Assembly (NCBI GenBank): GCA_964019335.1
Contig: OZ025708.1
Span: 124,001-188,000 of the forward strand
Source: Diplonema japonicum
Lineage: Eukaryota > Protista > Euglenozoa: Diplonemea
Length of the DNA stretch: 64,000 nucleotides
Direction: 5' to 3'
How positions within the stretch are numbered: the first letter of the stretch is position 1; every line of letters begins with the position of its first letter. A program made the translations under genes and the position numbers. Shown here in pieces: positions 46,188-56,087 of the stretch. Under the pieces are notes generated by a model, which worked only from the letters and a program-made list of their open reading frames with translations, was not told where the DNA came from and searched no databases.

Positions 46188-48547
46188 TCATGTATTCGAC
46201 TGTGAAGCTGCTGCGTTCTGTGCCAAGGACCTGGCTGAGTTGACGGCTTTGAGCGCAGTTTGCAAGGAGATGGTCGCCTCCGGTGTAGGAGACTCTTCTA
46301 GGGAGGAGAGAAGAGTTTCCCTGGCTGTCGAGAGCGTGCTGTGGGTTTTTTTTTTTTTTTTTTTTTTCCCTCAATACCTTGACACATCCCAAACTGACCT
46401 CAGAAGCATCGAATTCGCAGCAATGAGTTTTGTCTGCGTGGTGGCTGTCTCAGTCGCAGTTTCCCTTTCTGCTTCCTGTGTGTGATTTTTTTTTTCTTTT
46501 TTTTCTTTTTTTCTTTTTTACATACCAACCCTGCAACCTTCCCCTTCAGTTCCTCCACCTCTTCCATGGCCTCCGATAGCCTGGCGCCAGCTGCGTTGTT
46601 CTGAGCGTCTCTGATGTTTTCGTCTTGCTGCAGGGACGCTGTCGCTAGCATGTTTGCAGTCTTCGCCTCAGAGGCTATGCTCAGAGCTTCGTACCGCTGT
46701 TCTTCCAGTGCTTCTGTCAGCGTGGAGACCTGTACCTTGTACGCCTCGAGTCGTGAGGTGAAGGACATTTCCTGTTCTCTGATGACGCACGCGAGCGAGG
46801 CAAGCGTCTCTTGCAGATGCTGCAGCTCGTGAGATGGCTGCTGTCGTGAGAGGACCTCCCCACGCAGGCCGGTGATGGTGTGCTGTGCTTGGTCGTTCGC
46901 CTGTTTTAAAAACTCAATCTCAGCCAACATCTGCGTCATTGCACTGCTAGCTGCGTCATGCGGTGTGTTGTGCATGTGCATTGCGGGCTTGTGCGGTACA
47001 ACGGCAAGCTTTGTATCGACGAGTTCCCGCTCGAGCTCTGCGATTTTCATCTGCTGCAGGTCTTGGGTGAGGGTGGACCGCCCGGGGGTGATGATCTTGC
47101 TTCTTTCGCTGACGATGTCTTCCCGCAACGACGTGATGGTTAGTTTGGATTGCTCGTTGGCACGCACAAGGGCCTCCGCCTCCGCTCGGCTAGCAGCAAG
47201 CTCCGTTCGTAAATTATCCATCTCCTTCGTGAGCCTCGTGATGGTGTCACTGTTCTCCATCAGTCGTCGTTCCGCATCACCGCGTGCACCTAGCGCACGG
47301 GTGAGATCCACGTGGGTTTGGGTCGCTAGCGCTTTTTCCTCTCGCAATACATAATTGTCCTTCGAGTACTTCTCGAGGTCGCCTGTCAGTGTGGTAATGG
47401 TCTGATAGCACCCTGCCACCTGCCCTGTGAGGCCATGGTTTTGCGATTCCAGAGCTGCCTTCGACGCGGTGTACACTTGCGCAGCATGCTGCTGTTCCTG
47501 GATGGCCCTGTTCAGTTCGTCGAGTTTTAACTGCACGCGTGCGTCTTCTGCTTGCTTCGCAGGTGTCGCCACCACGGTGGCGTGGCGCAGCTTTTCCATC
47601 AACGAGGCCTTCTCGGCGTGTGCGTACTCCGCCTCGGCTGTGACGGTCTTCACGGTCTGCTTGAGGTTCAGGTTGATGGCGTCGAGCTTTGCTAGCTTCC
47701 TTTTGAGCGCCTCGTGCTTTGCCTCTGCGGTGTCCGCGGTTTGTTTCTGTTTTGTAAGGAGCTTCTCGGAACTGTGGGCTTCATGCCGCAGACGCTCGGC
47801 ATCGTTTTTGAGCTTCGCGATGGTCGCAGCCTGCTTTGCGATCTTGGCAGCGTCGGCTATTTGTGTAGATGCGGCAGCAGCCGTGACTTCGGACTGCGAT
47901 GTGATCCTGCGTTGCTCCTCTTGCATCCTCATGGTTTCGATGTCTGTGGTGAGTGCTTCGTTGCGCATCTCCATGTTCCGGAGGGAGCTCTCAGTGGACC
48001 GCATGGCCTCGGTGAGGTGCTGCACCTCGCTTTCTTTGTTCGTGAGCTGGTTGGTTTTCGCTAAAAGTTCCGCAGCGTGAGTGGTCTTGGTGTATAGTAA
48101 TTCTTGGTTGAGCTGGCTGACCTCAAGCCGGAGGGTGTGGAGTTCTGCCATTTGAGGATTCTGTGCTGCAGCGAAGTCGGAGGCTCTTCGTTGTGCGTCG
48201 CTCAGTTCATGTGTGCAGTGTGCCAACCTTGTTTCAAGGTCGGATATGATGTGTTGTGTGGTCTCAGTGCGTTGTTGAGTTTCGTCTTGCAGGGCTTTTA
48301 TTGTAGTTTCCTGTGCGTCTAGAGCCTGGCGAAGCATGACAGCCTGTGCCTCTGCCCGTGCGACCCTATCCTCCTTGTCGCATATCCGTCGCACTAAATC
48401 CTTTGCCTCTTCCATGCAGTCTGATGCTCCTGTCTTCCTTGCTGGTGACACGCGCCCTCCTGTCCCGTAGGTCTCTTCTATCCGTCGTTGTGCGGCTGTT
48501 TCTGCCTCTTGTAGGAGACGTTCCACCCGACCCGCTACATGTTCCAT
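46188..48547 (-). CDS. Long coiled-coil protein of unknown function, ~756 aa, 3 exons
   Basis: A/E/Q/L-rich heptad composition. Introns 46476-46525 and 46339-46377 extend the frame to TGA at 46188. Confidence 0.72.
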
Positions 48548-49862
48548 GAGGTTCACCTTGGGTTGTTGTTTTATGGGGTGGGAGAAAAAAAAAAGAGAAA
48601 AAAAATGATAGTCTAAACTTGCATTTTTTTTTTCCCCTTTTTTTTTGTACTGAGTAAAGGAATATTTTTCCCCTCCCTCCTCCCTTTTTCTCGAGCGAGA
48701 AAAAAAAAAAAAAAAGAAAAAAAAGCCAGAAACAAAAAAGAAAAAAAAAGCAACAAGTTCTACCATATTATTATTATTATTATTATTATTTTTTTTTTTT
48801 TTGGAAAAGCACATTTTGGAACAAAAACAAAAATGAGGACAGAATTGAGAAATAGAAGAAAAATTGAACTGGTTCGAACTTTGGCCGTTGTTTGTACGTG
48901 CATGGGGAAGAAGGGAGGGAGAGAGGGGGGTGGTGGTTAGAAACTTTGAGGAGTTTTATAACCTGAACACAGTTGCCAATCGTCCCCCTCTCTTCCTTCT
49001 CTTTTTTTTTTTTGATTGTTCAAAAATTCGTTCCCGCATGATGACAATGCAGAGAAGAGAAAAAAAAATGACAGAATGAATGGGGAAAGAAAAAAAAGAG
49101 AAAGAAAAAAAAAAAGAAAGAAAGAAAAAAAAAAAAGAAGTGCCGTGAACTTTGTTCACACTGTATCTACTCTTTTTTTTTTTTCTCTTTTTTTTTTCTT
49201 TTTTATCTTTTAGTTTAGATCACTTCCTTCCTCTGGGTTGGGTTGGAAGCATGTTTTTTTTTCCCTCCTTCTTTCTTTGTCTATTACTTGTGTCACAAAA
49301 AACAATTTTTTCTTTTTTTCGACGGGGGGGCTTCGGAAGCAACTCGGGAGAAGGTACCAAGCACGCAGGGGGGGGGAGGGGATGTTCGTTGTCCACAAGC
49401 TTTGCAGGTTGTTTAAGCACATTTTTCTTTAAAAAAAAAAGAAGAAAAGGAAAAAGAACAAGAAAAAAAAAAAAAAAAAAAACGGGAGGAGAAAAAAACT
49501 TCTTTTGTTTCCCCTCCTTTTTTTTTTTTTTTTTTTTTTTTTTTCCATCGGAGGTGTAGCACGGTACAGGGCTCAGTCCGGATAGGACAAACCGTATGAC
49601 ACTGTAAGGGGGAAAAAAAAAAAGAAAAAAGAAGAAAAAAAAAAAGAGGCAACTTTTTTTTGCTTGACTCTTTTGTTTTGTGTAACATTTTTTTTTTTTT
49701 TTCCTTTCTTTTTTTTTTTTTGTTACAAATATTTATCTTTCAAAAAATGATTAACTATATGCAACTTGTGCCGAGCAAAAAAACCTTCACCTTTTTTTTT
49801 TTTTTTTTTTTTTTTTGCTCGTGCGAACTACAAAGTCATATAGTCATAAGGAATTATTTTTA

Positions 49863-50870
49863 TATGAGCTCGTCCGGAAAAAAATGTCAACAAATGACCC
49901 TCCTTTGTAACGGAAAATCCTCGGAAATTTTCTAAGTACAAAAGTAGTCCGACACCACTTTGTGTGCAGAATTGCGGTCTAAGTGTGTTCACCATATAGG
50001 TCACAAATGCGCGCCGTTTGTTTCATTTCTAAAACGCGCGTGCAAAAAGATGCTTTTTAGAATGGTTTTTTTTAGTTTTTGGCATCCGGAAATTGTAAAT
50101 GACCCAGGCTCCATATTCCTTTTTTGTTTTCTTCAATGAAAAAGCGAGAAGAAATGGACGCAGATGGGAAATCTGTGAAACTTAAGGGGCCATTTTTGGG
50201 TGGTTTGGGCTCTTTATCACTATTAGAATGGGGTGGGGAAAATACTGCCGTTTTGGCCCTTTTAAGGGCCCTTTAAAAGCAAACTTCTCAATTTTTAATT
50301 AGTCATGAGTAAGAAAAGAAATGACAAACCTCAGCAGATGGGTAGAGGATGCATGTTTGGCCCCAAAGATACCGATGTTGAGCAGGCAAGTGTTAAGAAT
50401 TGGGTTTTCAGGAAAATGGGCCTTTTAGGCCAATTCCCTTAGGAACCCCTCGAAAAAGCAAAAAATAGGGCTAAAAAAACCGGTTTTTTGAGGGCTGTGC
50501 AACGCCATATATTTTCCGCTAAGTACTTTTAACAGTAACCCGACCCTGGGTTGTACCCAGGGGTCACAAAAGTGTGTGTTCACCACTTTTATGCACCCTA
50601 GGTGCTGCATTTCAAGCTTTTAAACTGCATTTTAAACATTTTTCCTCGTTTTTCTGACCTCTGTTTTTCGCTTCCCGGGGGAAGCCGGTTGCAAAGCCTG
50701 CCACCCTCATGGCAAAACAAGCATCGCAATTGAAAGAACGGCGTCATGTACACCATATATGTCATCTTCCTATGGTTGCATGCTGCCCTTTTTTTGCTCA
50801 AATAATCAAAACAAGAAATTTTCGGAGGTGCCCAAAAAAGTGTTGACATTTTTTTTCGGACGAGCTCATA
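49863..50870. mobile_element. ~1.0-kb non-autonomous DNA transposon with ~30-bp TIRs and TA-type flanks (Tc1/mariner-like by TSD only)
   Basis: TATATGAGCTCGTCCGGAAAAAAATGTCAACA (49861-49892) vs TGTTGACATTTTTTTTCGGACGAGCTCATATA (50841-50872): 31/32 inverted match. Weaker subterminal inverted match (~49917-49933 / 50814-50828). No transposase ORF. Interior lacks the long homopolymers of the flanking spacers. Confidence 0.82.
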
Positions 50871-51102
50871 TATATTTTTTTCTTTTTTGTGAATACTGCG
50901 GAATGTTCATACTCATTCCTTCTTTTTTTTTTTCTCTTTTTTTTTCTGAAAGAATTCCTGCGATTTTTGATCCACGGGATTTCATCTTTTTTTCTGACCG
51001 TAAGATAATTCAAAAAAAAAAAAAAAAAAAAATCACTATGATGAGGTAAGGGGTGGTGGAATGAGAGACAGAGAAAGGGGGATCTATTTAATTTTCAACT
51101 TA

Positions 51103-51136
<34 letters not shown>

Positions 51137-51142
51137 CCTCCT

Positions 51143-51910
51143 CTACGCACTCTTGTGTTGAACCGAAACAAGATTGTTCACATACACCCGAAGCTCCCTG
51201 TACACACCGCTTTGCGGACCCCCCTGCTCGATCACCGCATAGTACTTCTCCAGAATCTCCGAGAACCAAACAACATTCATAACATATAACAACGAAATCA
51301 AGGACACGGCAAACACCTCGCAGAAGGTTGTTGACACAGGCATGTCAACCCAAGTGGTGTAGAGCATCACGAAAGCCAGGCATACCCTTATGGCGAACCA
51401 CGCCAGAACAGTTAAAGCATACAAATGAGGTGTTACAGAATCCCACTCGCTCCTCTTCGACAGCTTATAGCAAAGCACCAAAATCTCAGAGACATCCAAA
51501 ACTGGGATGAAAACCGCCATTCGGTGCATGCGTAATGTTATTGCGTCATCAAGTGACACGCTGGTGTACACGAGCCACAGTGACATAAAGTGGTGCACCA
51601 CAAGCATGGCAAAATCTGATCTCCTCCCCCAATCTGTTATCAAGCTTTCTATAGTCAGAACGGCGTACCAACTAAGCTGGTAAGCGATGAACAGGTCCAG
51701 CTCTTTTTTTTCGGTGCCGTCGTTTTCCCCCCGCCGTTTCCACATGTCGAAGAGGCCCCATTCTGAATTTGATCGAAGTATTTTCAACGCCCATGCCCAC
51801 ATGACCGTTAACCCGATTATCCGCCACTTCACTTTCGCGTGCTCCCACTTCGACACCCCCACCCTTAGGGTACACAGAATTACTGTCATTATCAAGGCTG
51901 TCGTGAGCAT
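51143..51910 (-). CDS. TLC (TRAM/LAG1/CLN8) domain membrane protein, ceramide synthase-like, 255 aa
   Basis: Lag1-like motif RRSDFAMLVVHH...L...LDVSEI, later W...R; multiple TM helices. Confidence 0.72.
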   Translation of the reverse strand: MLTTALIMTVILCTLRVGVSKWEHAKVKWRIIGLTVMWAWALKILRSNSEWGLFDMWKRRGENDGTEKKELDLFIAYQLSWYAVLTIESLITDWGRRSDFAMLVVHHFMSLWLVYTSVSLDDAITLRMHRMAVFIPVLDVSEILVLCYKLSKRSEWDSVTPHLYALTVLAWFAIRVCLAFVMLYTTWVDMPVSTTFCEVFAVSLISLLYVMNVVWFSEILEKYYAVIEQGGPQSGVYRELRVYVNNLVSVQHKSA

Positions 51911-51994
51911 TTTTTTTTTATTTTGCCCTTGTTTTTTTTTGGGGGGGGGGAGTGGGAAATAAGCCAAAAAAAAAAGAAAAAAAAAACTTTTTTT

Positions 51995-54613
51995 TCACCT
52001 TAGTAATCGTCTCGTAAGCCCTTTTATCCCCTCTACCTTCAAACAAGTTTTCTGCAGTGTCCCCGGCACTTCCTCGTACAGCACGTATCTGTCGACCGCG
52101 GCTCCCGGTACGCATTTTGTGACGTTAGCGTTGTCCACATCTTTAACTAATCGCAGCAGTGCCTCCATGTTCACCGCGTTCTTCCCCCCTTGCAAGGTCG
52201 TTGTCAACAGACCACGGATGAAGGTGATAAGACGTGGCAAAGCGGGGCTTTCTCGAGGTACAGCGGGAAGTTTGCCCAGCACAGGAAGCAACCTGTTTAA
52301 GGTACATTTGCCGTGTAGTGCGTCGGGCCACGTCTCTACCTCTTCCACGATGTCCGAAAATTTCGCATAGTTGGCCAACAGCACTTCCAGTGCATCGAGG
52401 CAGTCCTCACCACGTGCCCTTCGCTGTAGTAGCTTTTCAACGCCTGTGTTGCCATGCGTGCCCTTCCTCGCCAAGATACTTATGATGTCCCACTCAGTTG
52501 TGTTTAAACGTCCCTTACCTGCGTCCCTTACCCACTCGATGCCCATTCTTGCAAGCGTTTCCGAGAATAAGCATGTGTTTAACAACAACAATACCCGCCC
52601 CGCCGTGTCGGCTTGTTTTACCACAGTTTTCTCTAGCTCCCCGTCTTTAACTTTGAAAAAGGCCGCAGCAACCAGCAGCCTCACTCTTTGCTCAAAAGGG
52701 AGGCGAAGCGTAGCCGGGTGTAGTTTGTTGTAGACACCGGCGGTCCTCTCATGCAGAACCCTGTGGCTCACCTTGGAAGACAGTATAAGGGGCGCCAGTG
52801 TCGCCGCGATCACTGTGCTGTCCTCTTCGGGCCACGGGAACGTCAGTCTCTTCAAGGATGCGCTCCATAACTTGCTGTTTTTCACAGTGTACACCCCGTT
52901 ACCCTGTTCGCTGAGCATGTACAGTATCCATGCTGCTGCCTTGCAGGTCCCCGCGAGGCGTTCAGGGTGCTTGTAGTTTAAGAGGTGCCTTTTAACGTTA
53001 TGTGTCAGAAGCGGGTGTTCCTCCGTTCCCTGCATGCGCAGCAGGCCTTCTGCAAGCACCGTCACCGCGATTGGCGACACGTAGCTCTTGTTAAATAACT
53101 CAGTCATGTGCTGCTGCCCGGCGTCGCCAGATGTCACGATATGCGCGAGGTCTTCTGCGTCCAGTTGTCGCTTCCGCTTGTCAAGAAGCTCTGTAACTAT
53201 GCGTCGGACTCGGCAGGTAGCTAACCGCAGCACGCGGCACAATGTGGACGGGAAAACAGCAGGCAGGAGCTCCGTGTGTGTCAGTAGCATCTTATGTACG
53301 ATCGCGTTTTGTCCCAGATGCAGCATTCCCTGCAGGGCAAGATCCAACTCATTTGGCGTAGGTGTGGCAGGGATGTACGACATGAGATTGACCGGGACAA
53401 CGCCCATCTTCCCAAGAGACCATAGAACGCGGCCATTATATTGGCGTTCCTGCTCTGGGAGAGCGAGGAAGGCCGCTGCGATTTGAAGGCATGCGTCCTT
53501 CGTGTCTTCCGTAAGGGCTGCCGTCCCGTTAGCCATGCACCACAGGGCACCAGCATACGCATTGCCTTGAACTACGTGCGCACATCGCAGCAGCTGCTTG
53601 CTGCAAGTGCTCATATCCACTTTTCCTGTCGCCAACAGGAACAAGACGTGTTCCGCTCGCTTTTGTTGTGCAGGCTTCTTCTCGACGGCTTCAGTGAGCC
53701 AGTATAAGAATTGATTGGAAACAGTAGGCAGCATTGCGTGGCGGAGGATGGTTTTGTCAGCATGAGAGGCAGCGGAAACGGCTCGCAAAGCATTTCGAAC
53801 ACTCTTTGGATTGGACAAGACTATGGTGAGAAGAGTAACCAGCTGTAGCGACGTGAGTGTCTGGGACCTGCCTGCACATTCTAAAACAGCTAGGGCTGAT
53901 TGCTGCGACAGGGAGCTGAGGCACGATTCTTGCACGAGTATGTCCATGACCCTGCTGGCGAAGGCGGGGGGCAACTTGTCCTTCTGCTTGCTGATCAACG
54001 TGAACAACGGGACGAACAGCTCCTTCGCAGAAGCTCGCACGGACTGCTCGTCCTTGATCTGTGGCCAGTCTTGCAGCTCCTGCAGCAGCCTGGCAGGGAG
54101 CTGGTTCCTGTCGGCGGTGGAGAGGAGCTTCACTAACGCAAGCTCCTGAGAGACCCACCTGGGGTCCTTGAGTGAGGTCCCGTTGAACAACAGCTCACGT
54201 GTCGATGTGCAAGAACACTGTTTGTAGCACCAGGCGAGGGCGTACAGCTCTTGGGGAGGCATGTCCTGCAGGGAAGAGAGAACATGGTCGGTGTAATGGG
54301 CTTTAGGTCTCGACCAAGAGGTGTTCCCCGCGAGGGTTAGGTTCAAGACACACTGAGTAACCTGTGCCGAGGTGAGGAACGGCAACATTTTCCCCAACTT
54401 TGTCCCAAGCATCTCGTACAGCGCAGGGTTCTCCACACGTGAACCTGCGAACCCCCTCAAGATCATCAGGGCCTCTCCTTCATGCATTGGGATCTTCTTC
54501 GCCACGATGTACCTCCCTGTCAATTCCAGTTCCCTCCTCACCGCATCCCCCGCGCCCTTTCGTAGGCTCTTAGACAGTTCTTTGACACATTTTGATATGA
54601 TCGAGGCGGCCAT
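51995..54613 (-). CDS. 872-aa Leu/Ala-rich helical-repeat protein of unknown function (possibly organellar RNA-binding)
   Basis: Long intact ORF. Segments such as PQELYALAWCY and RVLWSLGKMG are reminiscent of OPR/HPR-type repeats. Confidence 0.65.
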   Translation of the reverse strand: MAASIISKCVKELSKSLRKGAGDAVRRELELTGRYIVAKKIPMHEGEALMILRGFAGSRVENPALYEMLGTKLGKMLPFLTSAQVTQCVLNLTLAGNTSWSRPKAHYTDHVLSSLQDMPPQELYALAWCYKQCSCTSTRELLFNGTSLKDPRWVSQELALVKLLSTADRNQLPARLLQELQDWPQIKDEQSVRASAKELFVPLFTLISKQKDKLPPAFASRVMDILVQESCLSSLSQQSALAVLECAGRSQTLTSLQLVTLLTIVLSNPKSVRNALRAVSAASHADKTILRHAMLPTVSNQFLYWLTEAVEKKPAQQKRAEHVLFLLATGKVDMSTCSKQLLRCAHVVQGNAYAGALWCMANGTAALTEDTKDACLQIAAAFLALPEQERQYNGRVLWSLGKMGVVPVNLMSYIPATPTPNELDLALQGMLHLGQNAIVHKMLLTHTELLPAVFPSTLCRVLRLATCRVRRIVTELLDKRKRQLDAEDLAHIVTSGDAGQQHMTELFNKSYVSPIAVTVLAEGLLRMQGTEEHPLLTHNVKRHLLNYKHPERLAGTCKAAAWILYMLSEQGNGVYTVKNSKLWSASLKRLTFPWPEEDSTVIAATLAPLILSSKVSHRVLHERTAGVYNKLHPATLRLPFEQRVRLLVAAAFFKVKDGELEKTVVKQADTAGRVLLLLNTCLFSETLARMGIEWVRDAGKGRLNTTEWDIISILARKGTHGNTGVEKLLQRRARGEDCLDALEVLLANYAKFSDIVEEVETWPDALHGKCTLNRLLPVLGKLPAVPRESPALPRLITFIRGLLTTTLQGGKNAVNMEALLRLVKDVDNANVTKCVPGAAVDRYVLYEEVPGTLQKTCLKVEGIKGLTRRLLR

Positions 54614-54732
54614 TTAAGGCATCTGCCGGTGGGAGACCAGGGAGCTTTTTTTTATGTACTGAAGAGAAAATCGAAAAGAATGGGCAAATGAAAGAAGGAA
54701 AAAAAAAAATGAATTTCTTTTTTGCCAGTCTA

Positions 54733-55938
54733 TTAACGGTCATAAACAACGAGCGGCAACGAAAGAGAGTACGCAAAAGGGCACGACTCGATGGAAATAT
54801 CGATGGAGAGGTACCAGTTGGTCCACTGCCTTGTGCTGGGCCTGGTATGGGTGGTGTTCGTGGGGGTTTCTGGGAACATCAGACCGCGGAGATTAAGTTC
54901 GAGGTGATCGTGTTGTTTAACGCAAGCGTCGGCTGCTAGCGCATAGTCCTTCTGGTAGACTAGTTTTTTGCCACCCGCCGTCTTGTTCCCCTTTTCAAGC
55001 TGCGCAGTTTCCGCCAACACAATGGACGCTATCACGCTTTGATACACGACCCCCCCAGGTTTTCTCACCTCCTGTTTCATCCTCAAAATATAGTTTTCGT
55101 CGGTAGTAAACTTCCCGGAACTAACCCACAATTGCAGGTCTCCTACAAAGTACGAGAATGTGTATAAATAGGCCAGCCTGAAGCACAAAGCTATCCCTAT
55201 TGCATGGTAGGTGCAGATTTCCTCCTTCCACCCGAAGGGGAAATGCGGCTTCGATTTGTAGGAGTACAGAATCCAACCGCCCATCACGTGCCAGTAAATG
55301 AGAAAGAGAAGCGGTTTTCGGTAGAACGACAGAGGGCGGTGTTTTAACGGGATTTGGATTTCATGCCAAGTTGTATCAGTACTTGAGTCTGAAATGGCGG
55401 GGAGGTGGTGGGGGTCATAACGTCGTGCGTGCCAGTTGTACTCTATCATGACGAGCCACACGATGCATTGCGCGAGAAGAAGTGCGAGCAAGGTTAGGCC
55501 ATATGGTCTGAACCAGACCTCTCCGATTAAAAACGACTCGTCGGGGTTTAATGGGTTCACAAATGCGGTTTTTTTGGAGCCGTGTGGGAACTTCGACACT
55601 GCCTCATCTGCTGTTTTCCAAGAGGACCCTGTCGAAGACCCATAGTACCAGACATTCTCCGTTATCCTTACCTTCCCATCGGCTGGCCACGTGTACTCAC
55701 ACTTCACAAGCGGTTCCCACTCTGTTCGGGCTCTGAGCTTTCTTTTCTTCTCCGCAGCAGCATTCATCACGCTGCTTTGCCTCACTATGCACTCCACCTC
55801 TTCCCATTCAGTCATCGCCTGCGCCTGGCTGTCAATACACTTCCACAAAATACCCATCACTGGGATGTATATCACAGACAAGCATGTTAGAACCACTTTG
55901 AATGTGAAGTGCCTGTCAAAGGATCTTTTCTGTCTCAT
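54733..55938 (-). CDS. DUF3592-containing multi-pass membrane protein, 401 aa
   Basis: TM, then W..V.C.V..SSV...P.V..EY...G....AFVNP.NPDESFL, then TM (DUF3592 pattern). Further TMs and a C-terminal beta-rich region. Confidence 0.6.
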   Translation of the reverse strand: MRQKRSFDRHFTFKVVLTCLSVIYIPVMGILWKCIDSQAQAMTEWEEVECIVRQSSVMNAAAEKKRKLRARTEWEPLVKCEYTWPADGKVRITENVWYYGSSTGSSWKTADEAVSKFPHGSKKTAFVNPLNPDESFLIGEVWFRPYGLTLLALLLAQCIVWLVMIEYNWHARRYDPHHLPAISDSSTDTTWHEIQIPLKHRPLSFYRKPLLFLIYWHVMGGWILYSYKSKPHFPFGWKEEICTYHAIGIALCFRLAYLYTFSYFVGDLQLWVSSGKFTTDENYILRMKQEVRKPGGVVYQSVIASIVLAETAQLEKGNKTAGGKKLVYQKDYALAADACVKQHDHLELNLRGLMFPETPTNTTHTRPSTRQWTNWYLSIDISIESCPFAYSLSLPLVVYDR

Positions 55939-56087
55939 TTTCTCTTTTCTCCCCCGCTTCCTTTTTCTTTTTTTTTTCTTTTTTATGTTTCCCTTCTCAA
56001 GAGTAACAGCATGGTAAAAGGAGAGGGGGGGGGTGTGAGAGAAAAAAAAAGGGGGTTCTTCCTTTTTTTTTGTTTCTTTTTTTTACT

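Noticed and set aside
48548-48814. N-terminal extensions of ORF-track calls (48814, 46051, 60563, 17838, 28980, 25966)
   Set aside because: They run through homopolymer leaders; a downstream ATG after an A-run marks the start of protein-like sequence.
48886-48900. GGTTCGAAC T-loop/B-box-like motif (also GGTTCGCAC at 32053)
   Set aside because: No cloverleaf, acceptor stem or A-box could be built, so no tRNA is called.
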